A stretch of 64,000 bases of DNA from an uncultured delta proteobacterium (GTDB taxonomy: Bacteria; Desulfobacterota; Binatia; Binatales; Binataceae). The stretch is from the NCBI GenBank assembly GCA_963842215.1, contig CAWJFQ010000010.1:107471-171470 (forward strand), written 5' to 3'. The position numbers and the translations under genes are program-made. Below, piece by piece: positions 56,146 through 64,000 of this stretch (position 1 is its first letter; each line of letters starts with the position of its first letter). The notes under the pieces are model-generated. The model was not told the origin of the DNA. It saw nothing but the letters and a program-made list of their open reading frames with translations, and ran no database searches.

Positions 56146-57164
56146 GCAATATGGATTCGATAGAAGTAGAAGCGGCCTCGGTGGAAGAGGCGACCAGGGA
56201 AGCCCTCGAGCAGCTTGGCGTGCGCGAGGACGAGGCCACGGTGGAAGTGCTGGCGACGCCACGTTCGGGAGTGCTCGGATTGGGCGCGCGCAACGCGCGA
56301 GTGCGAGTGACGCGTCAAGCCGGAGATTCGGTGGGTGCAAATCACCCGGCGGCGAAAGAATCGCCCCAGGCAGGGCAGACGCAATCACCGCGCAGGGCAG
56401 GCGCGGCTGAGGCGCGGCCTCGCGGGCGAGAAAATCAACGTCGCGGCCGCGGCGATGGCGGTGGCGGGCGCGGACAGAATCAACAAACTAGCGCAGTCGA
56501 CGACGACAGCGGCGCGGCCGGACGCAAGAGTGCAGAAGTCGCAGAGCAGCGCCTCGAGGCGATGGAGATCCTCAAGCAGATTCTCGAGAAGATGGGCGAG
56601 CGGACCGACGTGCGGCAGGTGGAAGTCGACGCGGAGACGGTCGAGCTCGAGATAAAAGGCGATGGCTCGGGGGTACTCATCGGGCGGCATGGGCAGACAC
56701 TCGATGCGCTCGAGTACATCGTCAATCGCATCCTGGCGCGGCGAATCAAGGATGCGGCGCCGATTTCACTCGAGACCGAAGCGTATCGTGCGCGACGCCG
56801 CCAGCAATTGCACCGGATGGCGCTGTCGATGGGGGAGAAGGCCAAGCGCGAGCATAAGCCGGTGCGGCTGGAGCCGATGGCGCCGCGCGATCGCCGCGTG
56901 GTGCATCTGGCGCTCAAGGAAGATCCGATGATCACGACGCGCTCAGTGGGCGAAGGCGTGCTGCGCTCGATCGAGATAGTGCCAACCGAGAGCGGGCGTC
57001 GCGAGCCGCGTGGCGCGCAGCCGCCGCAGCAGCGCGGGCGCCGTCGCGAGCCCGAGCGGGAGCATCAACGCGAGCGGGAAGTTGAACGGATCGAGCCAGA
57101 GCGCGGTAATGAGGCGATTGGCGAGCAGGGCGGATTCAAGCACGGGCAGAAGAGAATCGTATAA
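56142..57164 (+). CDS. jag: Jag/KhpB RNA-binding protein (Jag_N + KH + R3H)
   Basis: The ATG at 56142 overlaps the yidC stop (ATGA). IEVEAASVEEATREALEQLGV is the Jag_N block; the KH-like core and R3H block (PMAPRDRRVVHLAL) follow a long Arg/Gly-rich linker. Confidence 0.85.
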   Translation: MSNMDSIEVEAASVEEATREALEQLGVREDEATVEVLATPRSGVLGLGARNARVRVTRQAGDSVGANHPAAKESPQAGQTQSPRRAGAAEARPRGRENQRRGRGDGGGGRGQNQQTSAVDDDSGAAGRKSAEVAEQRLEAMEILKQILEKMGERTDVRQVEVDAETVELEIKGDGSGVLIGRHGQTLDALEYIVNRILARRIKDAAPISLETEAYRARRRQQLHRMALSMGEKAKREHKPVRLEPMAPRDRRVVHLALKEDPMITTRSVGEGVLRSIEIVPTESGRREPRGAQPPQQRGRRREPEREHQREREVERIEPERGNEAIGEQGGFKHGQKRIV

Positions 57165-57193
57165 GAACTGATTTCGAGGGAAAGCTGAAATAG

Positions 57194-57230
57194 AAACGGG
57201 CGCAGTACTGAGTACCGCGCCCGTTTTGTT
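57194..57230. terminator. Bidirectional intrinsic terminator
   Basis: AAACGGGCGC-AGTACTGAGTACC-GCGCCCGTTTTGTT, with an A-run before and a T-run after. Sits between the convergent jag and the first DUF1329-like gene. Confidence 0.8.
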
Positions 57231-57248
57231 ACAGACTGAGGCGAGCGG

Positions 57249-58565
57249 TTAGAACGAGGCCGCGCGCACCATCGCGTCAGTGGTGAAGAAGTTGCGATCC
57301 ACTGCGCCCATGTTGATGTACCAGCATTCGCGCTCAGGCGTTTCGAGTCCCGGCAGGTAGCACATGGTCGCCAGGCCCGACTGCACGTCGGTCGAAACTG
57401 CGCCTACGACGAACGAACGCTTGAACGGATAGATGGCGACTTTCGCATCGGGAACCGGGCGATCGCGAGTGGCCAGCCAGTAGATGTGCGAACGGAAGAG
57501 GTTGCCTGCGCGATCGTAAGTATCGATGTAGGGCTCGAACCACATTTCGCTGTCCATGAAGATGACGGTGCGGCCGTCGAGCGCGTTGATACGCGAGCGA
57601 TCGGGCAGCGCCTGGACGATGTACATGTGGCGCATCTCCCATGCCTCGGGGCATGCACTGGCGCCGCCGTCAGTCGGGCATCGCTGTTCGGGCGAATGCT
57701 CGGCGTGAATCGTCGCCAGCATGTTTCTCTCACCGAGGAACTTGTAGGAGTACTGCTCAGTCTTGGGATTGAAGCCCGAGTAGTGATCGGGATCCCACGC
57801 GTGGGCGGAGGTACCACCCGCTGTGGTCGAGGAACTCATAATGGATTCGTTGACGCGGCGCAGACGGCGCGATCCGGCATCAAGACTCCAGATGTCGTCG
57901 CCGCGTTTCGGATCGGCGTAACGCCATCGGATGAAGCCGGTTCCGCGAATTTCCTGCGGCGCGAGAATCGGATAGAGGCCGAACAGCCAGTAGCGGCCGG
58001 TCTTTTTGAAATCCGGGTCAGTGGGGAGCGGCTCGACTTCGGTGCGGCCGACCAAGTCGTAGCCGGCGTAGTGTCCGATCTGAAAATACTCGATTTGTCC
58101 GGTCTGCGCGCCTCTCTTTTCGTACTCGGAATCGCAGTCATAGAAGCGGAGATCGTAGTCATCCGAGGTAATCGGGCGGAACACGTTGTTCCAGATGACC
58201 TTCACCGCGACGTCGGGATCGTTGGCGTCGATCAAGGGGAACGGCTGGCCGGCGACGAAGCCGACGATCGATCTCTTGTCTTGCGAGAGACGGACCTGCG
58301 AAGAATACTTTTCGGTCGCGTCCTTATAAGGAGGCGGCCAATCGACACGCTCGGTGGGCACGATCTTCATCGTCATACCGTGCTCGACCTTGTAGTAGAC
58401 GCCGGGGCCTACCAGGTCTCTCACCTTCGATGCGTTTTCCGGTGTGATGAAATCACCCGGTTTAACCTGTGCGTAGCTCGAGGAACTGAACGCTCCAATC
58501 GCGAACAGGACCAAGGCCGCTGCGGTCGTCGAAATCCATGACGACAAAGATTTCTGCCTAAGCAT
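57249..58565 (-). CDS. DUF1329-like exported protein, paralog 1
   Basis: 438 aa. Signal peptide ending SSSYAQ. Blocks GQPFPLIDANDPDVAVKVIWNNVFRP fit my memory of DUF1329 (LolA-like). Near-identical to the two genes downstream in the window. Confidence 0.8.
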   Translation of the reverse strand: MLRQKSLSSWISTTAAALVLFAIGAFSSSSYAQVKPGDFITPENASKVRDLVGPGVYYKVEHGMTMKIVPTERVDWPPPYKDATEKYSSQVRLSQDKRSIVGFVAGQPFPLIDANDPDVAVKVIWNNVFRPITSDDYDLRFYDCDSEYEKRGAQTGQIEYFQIGHYAGYDLVGRTEVEPLPTDPDFKKTGRYWLFGLYPILAPQEIRGTGFIRWRYADPKRGDDIWSLDAGSRRLRRVNESIMSSSTTAGGTSAHAWDPDHYSGFNPKTEQYSYKFLGERNMLATIHAEHSPEQRCPTDGGASACPEAWEMRHMYIVQALPDRSRINALDGRTVIFMDSEMWFEPYIDTYDRAGNLFRSHIYWLATRDRPVPDAKVAIYPFKRSFVVGAVSTDVQSGLATMCYLPGLETPERECWYINMGAVDRNFFTTDAMVRAASF

Positions 58566-58624
58566 ACCCTAAGCCTCCCGGTAATGAACGCGACGAGGTG
58601 GCGCGTTCGTTCAACTGAGCCGGG

Positions 58625-58654
58625 ACATTAGGGCAGGGGGGCGCAAATCGTCAA
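58625..58654 (-). promoter_or_regulatory. Candidate sigma70-type promoter of paralog 1 (TTGACG - 18 nt - TAATGT)
   Basis: The same hexamers and spacing recur upstream of all three paralogs, with a divergent spacer sequence. Confidence 0.6.
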
Positions 58655-58982
58655 TAAGAAATGTTGCAAACTGCGACTTAGCGTATCAACGATTATCTAG
58701 TATTTCAGTCGCACTAATGCCTGAATCGTCTCACAATGAAAAGAGAACGACTGAGATGCGGAGCGCGGTCAGCAAGTGTCACGCGAGCAACACCCGCACT
58801 GACGCGCGATTGGCGCAGTATTACTGAGCGGCCGCCGAGGATTTCTGAAGAGCAAGGTAGCTGAGGAGATCGTCAACTGCTGCCACCGTTGAGTGGTGGC
58901 GAGCATAAGTATATTTCGGCGGCGAAGGTCGCCATATTCGTCGATGTTATCTCACATGTGACTGCCTCATATGGGGTTAGAA

Positions 58983-59020
58983 GTCCGAGCCACACAGTAG
59001 TGGCTCGGACCTTTTTCTCT
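58983..59020. terminator. Intrinsic terminator hairpin downstream of paralog 2
   Basis: GTCCGAGCCAC-ACAGTA-GTGGCTCGGAC. There is an A-run on one side and CTTTTTCTCT on the other; the better U-tract is on the + strand. Confidence 0.7.
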
Positions 59021-59028
59021 GACGGTCG

Positions 59029-60342
59029 TTAGAACGAAGCCGCGCGGACCATCGCTTCGGTGGTGAAGAAGCTGCGATCCACTGCGCCCATGTTGATGTA
59101 CCAGCATTCACGCTCAGGCGTTTCCATGCCCGGCAGGTAGCACATGGTCGCCAGGCCCGATTGCACGTCGGTCGAAACTGCGCCTACGACGAACGAACGC
59201 TTGAACGGATAGATGGCGATCTTTGCGTCGGGTACCGGGCGATCGCGAGTAGCCAGCCAGTAGATGTGCGAGCGGAAGAGATTGCCGGCGCGATCGTAGG
59301 TGTCGATGTACGGCTCGAACCACATTTCGCTGTCCATGAAGATGACGGTGCGGCCGTCGAGCGCGTTGATGCGCGAGCGATCGGGCAGCGCCTGGACGAT
59401 GTACATGTGGCGCATCTCCCATGCCTCGGGGCATGCACTGGCGCCGCCGTCAGTCGGGCATCGCTGTTCGGGCGAATGCTCGGCGTGAATCGTCGCCAGC
59501 ATGTTTCGCTCACCGAGGAACTTATAGAAGTACTGCTCGGTCTTGGGATTGAAGCCCGAGTAGTGATCGGGATCCCAAGCGTGGGCCGAGGTTCCGCTGG
59601 CGGTTGACGAGCTCATGAGGGACTCGTTGATACGGCGCAGACGGCGCGATCCGGCATCGAGACTCCAGATGTCGTCACCGCGTCTCGGATCGGCGTAACG
59701 CCATCGGATGAAGCCGGTTCCGCGAATTTCCTGCGGGGCAAGAATCGGATAGAGGCCGAACAGCCAGTAACGGCCAGTGGTCTTGAAATCGGGATCGGTT
59801 GGGAGCGGCTCGACTTCGGTGCGGCCGACCAGGTCGTAGCCGGCGTAGTGTCCGATCTGGAAGTATTCGATCTGACCAGTCTGCGCGCCCTTCTTCTGAT
59901 ACTCGGAATCGCAGTCGTAGAAGCGGAGATCGTAGTCATCCGAGGTGATAGGGCGGAACACGTTGTTCCAGATGACCTTCACCGCGACGTCGGGATCGTT
60001 GGCGTCGATCAACGGGAACGGCTGACCGGCTACAAATCCGACGATCGATTTTTTGTCCTGCGAGAGACGGACCTGCGAAGAATACTTTTCGGTCGCATCC
60101 TTGTAAGGCGGCGGCCAATCGACACGCTCGGTGGGCACGATCTTCATCGTCATGCCGTGCTCGACCTTGTAGTAGACGCCGGGGCCCACCAGGTCTCTCA
60201 CCTTCGATGCATTTTCCGGTGTGATGAAATCACCCGGTTTAACCTGTGCGTAGCTCGAGGAACTGAACGCTCCAATCGCGAACAGGACCACAGCCACCAC
60301 GATGGTCGGAACCCATGACGACAAAGACTTCTGCCTACGCAT
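59029..60342 (-). CDS. DUF1329-like exported protein, paralog 2
   Basis: 437 aa, collinear and near-identical to paralogs 1 and 3. Confidence 0.8.
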   Translation of the reverse strand: MRRQKSLSSWVPTIVVAVVLFAIGAFSSSSYAQVKPGDFITPENASKVRDLVGPGVYYKVEHGMTMKIVPTERVDWPPPYKDATEKYSSQVRLSQDKKSIVGFVAGQPFPLIDANDPDVAVKVIWNNVFRPITSDDYDLRFYDCDSEYQKKGAQTGQIEYFQIGHYAGYDLVGRTEVEPLPTDPDFKTTGRYWLFGLYPILAPQEIRGTGFIRWRYADPRRGDDIWSLDAGSRRLRRINESLMSSSTASGTSAHAWDPDHYSGFNPKTEQYFYKFLGERNMLATIHAEHSPEQRCPTDGGASACPEAWEMRHMYIVQALPDRSRINALDGRTVIFMDSEMWFEPYIDTYDRAGNLFRSHIYWLATRDRPVPDAKIAIYPFKRSFVVGAVSTDVQSGLATMCYLPGMETPERECWYINMGAVDRSFFTTEAMVRAASF

Positions 60343-60398
60343 ACCAAGCCTCCCGGTAATGAACGCGACGAATTGCCTCGTTCGTTAGCTGAGATTGG

Positions 60399-60428
60399 AC
60401 ATTAGGGCAGCCGACCGCGAATCGTCAA
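60399..60428 (-). promoter_or_regulatory. Candidate sigma70-type promoter of paralog 2 (TTGACG - 18 nt - TAATGT)
   Basis: See 58625-58654. Confidence 0.6.
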
Positions 60429-60868
60429 TGATATTTGTCGCAAAATACAATTTATTAGGTTAATTATTATGCTGCACTTTAGAGCAACTAATGCTCAAAT
60501 TCTTTAGAGGCACATAGAGCGTGACAAATACCGACTGGTGTGCTGCGCCTGGTCAGTGAACGCTCATGCTTTCAAGCTTGGCTCCGACCGGCGATCTACG
60601 CTGTATTGATCACATAGGACCGAATTTCTCTACATCCAGTATAGATGAGGAGAGCGTCAATTGCCCCTGAGCAGGGGCCGCGATGATCATAAGTATTATT
60701 TGCTCAATCGGGGTTCCAAATTGTTTTGGGACTCCCTTCGGTATGAGTGCACCATACGGGTCAGCACTATATAGCCATCAGGAATTCCTGAAGCTGAACT
60801 AACGAACGTTAGATAGCCCGGTATTCGTCGATGTAATCTCACATGTGACTGCCTCATATGGGGTTAGA

Positions 60869-60910
60869 GGTCCGAGCCATGCACAGTAGATGGCTCGGAC
60901 CTTTTCTCTG
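60869..60910. terminator. Intrinsic terminator hairpin downstream of paralog 3
   Basis: GGTCCGAGCCAT-GCACAGTA-GATGGCTCGGACC followed by TTTTCTCT. The stem differs from the 58983 copy by a compensatory pair (CCAC/GTGG versus CCAT/ATGG). Confidence 0.7.
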
Positions 60911-60917
60911 ACGGTCG

Positions 60918-62231
60918 TTAGAACGAAGCCGCGCGCACCATTGCGTCAGTAGTGAAGAAGCTGCGATCCACTGCGCCCATGTTGATGTACCAGCATTCGC
61001 GCTCGGGCGTTTCCATGCCCGGCAGATAGCACATGGTCGCCAGGCCCGACTGCACGTCGGTCGAAACTGCGCCTACGACAAACGAACGCTTGAACGGATA
61101 GATGGCGACCCTTGCGTCGGGAACCGGGCGATCGCGAGTGGCCAGCCAGTAGATGTGCGAACGGAAGAGGTTGCCTGCGCGATCGTAAGTATCGATGTAG
61201 GGCTCGAACCACATTTCGCTGTCCATGAAGATGACGGTGCGGCTGTCGAGCGCGTTGATGCGCGAGCGATCGGGCAGCGCCTGGACGATGTACATGTGGC
61301 GCATCTCCCATGCCTCGGGGCATGCACTGGCGCCGCCGTCAGTCGGGCATCGCTGTTCGGGCGAATGCTCGGCGTGAATCGTCGCCAGCATGTTTCGCTC
61401 GCCCAGGAACTTGTAGAAATACTGCTCGGTCTTGGGATTGAAGCCCGAGTAGTGATCTGGATCCCACGAGTGGGCCGAGGTTCCGCTGGCAGTTGACGAA
61501 CTCATGATGGACTCGTTGATGCGGCGCAGACGGCGCGATCCAGCATCAAGACTCCAGATGTCGTCGCCGCGTTTCGGATCAGCGTAACGCCATCGGATGA
61601 AGCCGGTCCCGCGAATTTCCTGCGGCGCAAGAATCGGGTAGAGGGCGAACAGCCAGTAACGACCGGTGTGCTTAAAATCCGGATCGGTCGGTATCGGCTC
61701 GACTTCGGTGCGGCCGACCAGGTCGTAGCCGGCATAGTGTCCGATCTGGAAATATTCGATCTGACCAGTCTGCGCGCCTTTCTTCTGATACTCGGAATCG
61801 CAGTCATAGAAGCGGAGATCGTAGTCATCCGAGGTGATCGGGCGGAACACGTTGTTCCAGATAACCTTCACCGCGACGTCAGGATCGTTGGCGTCAATCA
61901 ACGGGAACGGCTGGCCGGCTACAAATCCGACGATCGATTTTTTGTCCTGCGAGAGACGGACCTGCGACGAATACTTTTCGGTCGCGTCCTTGTAAGGCGG
62001 CGGCCAATCGACACGCTCGGTGGGCACGATCTTCATTGTCATGCCGTGCTCGACCTTGTAGTAGACGCCGGGGCCTACCAGGTCTCTCACCTGTGATGCG
62101 TTCTCCGGTGTGATGAAATCACCCGGTTTAACCTGTGCGTAGCTCGAGGAGCTGCACGCTCCAATCGCGAACAGCACCAAGGCCACTGCGATGGTCGAAA
62201 CCCACGAGCACAAAGACTTCTGCCTACGCAT
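60918..62231 (-). CDS. DUF1329-like exported protein, paralog 3
   Basis: Trimmed from ORF-track 62276 to the ATG at 62231 (MRRQKSLCSW), which aligns with the starts of paralogs 1 and 2 and follows GGGAGG. Confidence 0.8.
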   Translation of the reverse strand: MRRQKSLCSWVSTIAVALVLFAIGACSSSSYAQVKPGDFITPENASQVRDLVGPGVYYKVEHGMTMKIVPTERVDWPPPYKDATEKYSSQVRLSQDKKSIVGFVAGQPFPLIDANDPDVAVKVIWNNVFRPITSDDYDLRFYDCDSEYQKKGAQTGQIEYFQIGHYAGYDLVGRTEVEPIPTDPDFKHTGRYWLFALYPILAPQEIRGTGFIRWRYADPKRGDDIWSLDAGSRRLRRINESIMSSSTASGTSAHSWDPDHYSGFNPKTEQYFYKFLGERNMLATIHAEHSPEQRCPTDGGASACPEAWEMRHMYIVQALPDRSRINALDSRTVIFMDSEMWFEPYIDTYDRAGNLFRSHIYWLATRDRPVPDARVAIYPFKRSFVVGAVSTDVQSGLATMCYLPGMETPERECWYINMGAVDRSFFTTDAMVRAASF

Positions 62232-62289
62232 AGCAAGCCTCCCGGTATGTGAACGCGACGAGTTTGCCTCGTTCATTAGCTGGAAATTG

Positions 62290-62319
62290 ACATTAGGCTA
62301 GCCAGCCTCAAATCGTCAA
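62290..62319 (-). promoter_or_regulatory. Candidate sigma70-type promoter of paralog 3 (TTGACG - 18 nt - TAATGT)
   Basis: See 58625-58654. Confidence 0.6.
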
Positions 62320-62850
62320 GAAAATTTATTGCAAAATACGATTTCTCGGACTTATTATTATGATTTACATTAGTAAATCTAATTGATTATGGACTTGATC
62401 GTATTCACTGAGTGCCGAAAAACGACTCATCTAGCCCTCCTGGTCAGCAGATATCAAGCGTTTCAAACCTTGGCTCTGACCGCCGATTTGCGCGGTATTA
62501 GGCTAATAGTATCAAGGCACTTTCTCTACATCGAGTATAGCTGACGGGAGCCTCAATTGCCTTCGATTATGGACCGAGACGATCATAAGTATTATTAGTT
62601 TGATATTGCTATTGAATTTGTTCGATAGCGCGTTCCTGATTTATACCTCATATGGGTTAGCGCGGTGATTTAGCAGAAATCTATCCTCATAATCTAACAA
62701 ACGTTCGGTAGCTCGATATTCCCGCCAGAGTCACATAAACGGACAGGTTCATAGTCACCTTGGGACAGGCTAACGCGTGCTCCACGGCAATCAGTGGATT
62801 AATCGCGTGGCACGGGCGGTGCTCTCTGAGGTTGGAGTGAACTACGAATA

Positions 62851-64000
62851 ATGGGCAAGGTTTTAAAGCCGCAGAGCGAGGCTGTGTGGAGTGAGAACTC
62901 GAGTAAGTTGACGGCGCGCTCCAGTGGGCAGGTGATGGTGCTGATTTGCGTTGCCCTGGTCGCGATAGTGGGCATGATTGCCGTCGTCACCGACTTCAGC
63001 TTCCTGCAGGACCAGAGGAACATGATGCAGACGGCGGCCGACAGTGCGGCGATGGCTGGCGCCGAGGAACTGAATTACGGCGACGTGGCGGCAGCAGGCC
63101 AGGCAGACGCGGCGAGCAATGGATACACCAACGGCGCGAGCAGCGTCGCGGTCGCGCTGAACAATCCACCGACCACAGGACCGAATGTAGGCAATGCGCA
63201 GTATGTAGAAGCGATCGTCAGCAAGCCCGAGCCGACTTATTTTCTGCGCGCGCTCGGAGTCAGCTCGATCAATGTGTCGGCACGAGCGGTCGCGTACGAG
63301 GGCAACGGTCCGAACTGCATCTACGTGATGGATCCGACGGCGGCGGGTGCGATGTCGACTAACGGCAACGTCAATATACAGAGCAGCTGCGGGATGCTGG
63401 TGGACTCGAGTTCGTCGACCGGCATGACGATCAACGGCAACGTGACGATCGCAGCGCCGACTATCGGAGTGGTGGGCAACTACAGCTCCAACGGCAATGT
63501 GAGCCTTACGCCGACGCCGAAGATCGGAGTGATAGCCGCGTCCGATCCGCTGGCATACGTTAACGAACCGACGGTCGGCTCATGCGCTCACACCTCATTT
63601 TCGTTGAACGGGAATATCGGGAGCAGCAGTGCTCCGTACCAGCTCTACGCCGGAACGTATTGCGGCGGCATCTCGGTCAACGGCAATTCATGGCTGCATT
63701 TCAACGCCGGAACCTACATCCTGGCCGGTGGCGGAATGCTGATAAACGGCAACTCAACGATGACCGGCACCGGAGTGACCTTTTACAACACGACCGGGCT
63801 CGGAGGTTACGGCGCGATCACACTTAACGGCAATTCGCAGGCGAATCTCAGTGCACCGACCTCGGGTTCCCTTGCCGGAATTCTGTTTTTTCAGGATCGC
63901 GCGGTACCCAGCAGCGCCGCGGGCAGCGTGATAAACGGGAACTCAAGTTCGACCTTCGACGGAGCGATCTACTTCGCGACGACCTCGGTAACCTACAACG
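62851..64000 (+). CDS. TadG/TadE-like Flp-pilus assembly protein (partial, continues beyond the window)
   Basis: Not in the ORF track because no stop is reached. Hand translation from the ATG at 62851 is open to the end. It has an N-terminal TM (VMVLICVALVAIVGMIAVVTDFSFL), QTAADSAAMAGA, and at least 8 xNGNxxI/L repeats. Confidence 0.7.
   Translation, partial: MGKVLKPQSEAVWSENSSKLTARSSGQVMVLICVALVAIVGMIAVVTDFSFLQDQRNMMQTAADSAAMAGAEELNYGDVAAAGQADAASNGYTNGASSVAVALNNPPTTGPNVGNAQYVEAIVSKPEPTYFLRALGVSSINVSARAVAYEGNGPNCIYVMDPTAAGAMSTNGNVNIQSSCGMLVDSSSSTGMTINGNVTIAAPTIGVVGNYSSNGNVSLTPTPKIGVIAASDPLAYVNEPTVGSCAHTSFSLNGNIGSSSAPYQLYAGTYCGGISVNGNSWLHFNAGTYILAGGGMLINGNSTMTGTGVTFYNTTGLGGYGAITLNGNSQANLSAPTSGSLAGILFFQDRAVPSSAAGSVINGNSSSTFDGAIYFATTSVTYN

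Noticed and set aside
58566-59028. Small ORFs in the AT-rich spacers between the DUF1329-like genes. Examples: a + strand frame giving ...FVDVISHVTASYGVR.PSH..., and 13-36-codon frames after GAGGAG at about 60645
   Set aside because: The frames are not conserved between the three spacers. Stops and lengths differ, and one frame runs through the terminator hairpin. These regions are treated as non-coding.

Overview
High-GC (by eye about 60-65% G+C) bacterial chromosomal segment, densely coding on both strands and mostly housekeeping or metabolic.

**Layout.** The right half has origin-proximal-type synteny. parB-parA-rsmG-mnmG-mnmE lie on the minus strand, with four parS sites bracketing rsmG. 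They diverge from rpmH-rnpA-yidD-yidC-jag on the plus strand. No dnaA is in the window.

**Other recognisable genes.** A secreted G1-family glutamic peptidase, bcp, ilvE, pcnB, a TetR-MFP-RND efflux operon, one tRNA-Val(CAC), a Memo-family protein, a giant NAD-glutamate dehydrogenase, nagA, anmK, ribE, an Rrf2 regulator, tag, and a TadG-like pilus protein running off the right end.

**Broken genes.** Three genes (RND permease, GT39 glycosyltransferase, WS/DGAT acyltransferase) are each interrupted by a +1 frameshift in G/C-rich context.

**Repeats.** Two families of structured intergenic repeats are abundant. Element A is a roughly 105-nt three-hairpin unit with 8 copies. Element B is a CCTCTCCC..GGGAGAGG hairpin unit at 4 loci, two of them arrays. 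One 0.74-kb intergenic region (45201-45936) is built from them as a large foldback.

**Most unusual loci.**
- (i) A bufferin-like six-Cys secreted peptide gene tightly linked to a cytochrome b and a Tat-exported molybdoenzyme, with no MNIO/DUF2063 partner in view.
- (ii) A tandem triplication of near-identical DUF1329-like exported proteins, each with its own conserved promoter, AT-rich leader and terminator, and a mosaic (gene-conversion-like) pattern of differences.
- (iii) A low-GC islet of secreted-protein genes next to the tRNA.

**Not seen.** No CRISPR array, rRNA, transposase, integrase or recognisable defence genes.

**Limits.** All calls come from reading the ORF translations and the nucleotide sequence by eye. 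No database search or computation was possible, so family names are motif-based recognitions and need HMM/BLAST confirmation.
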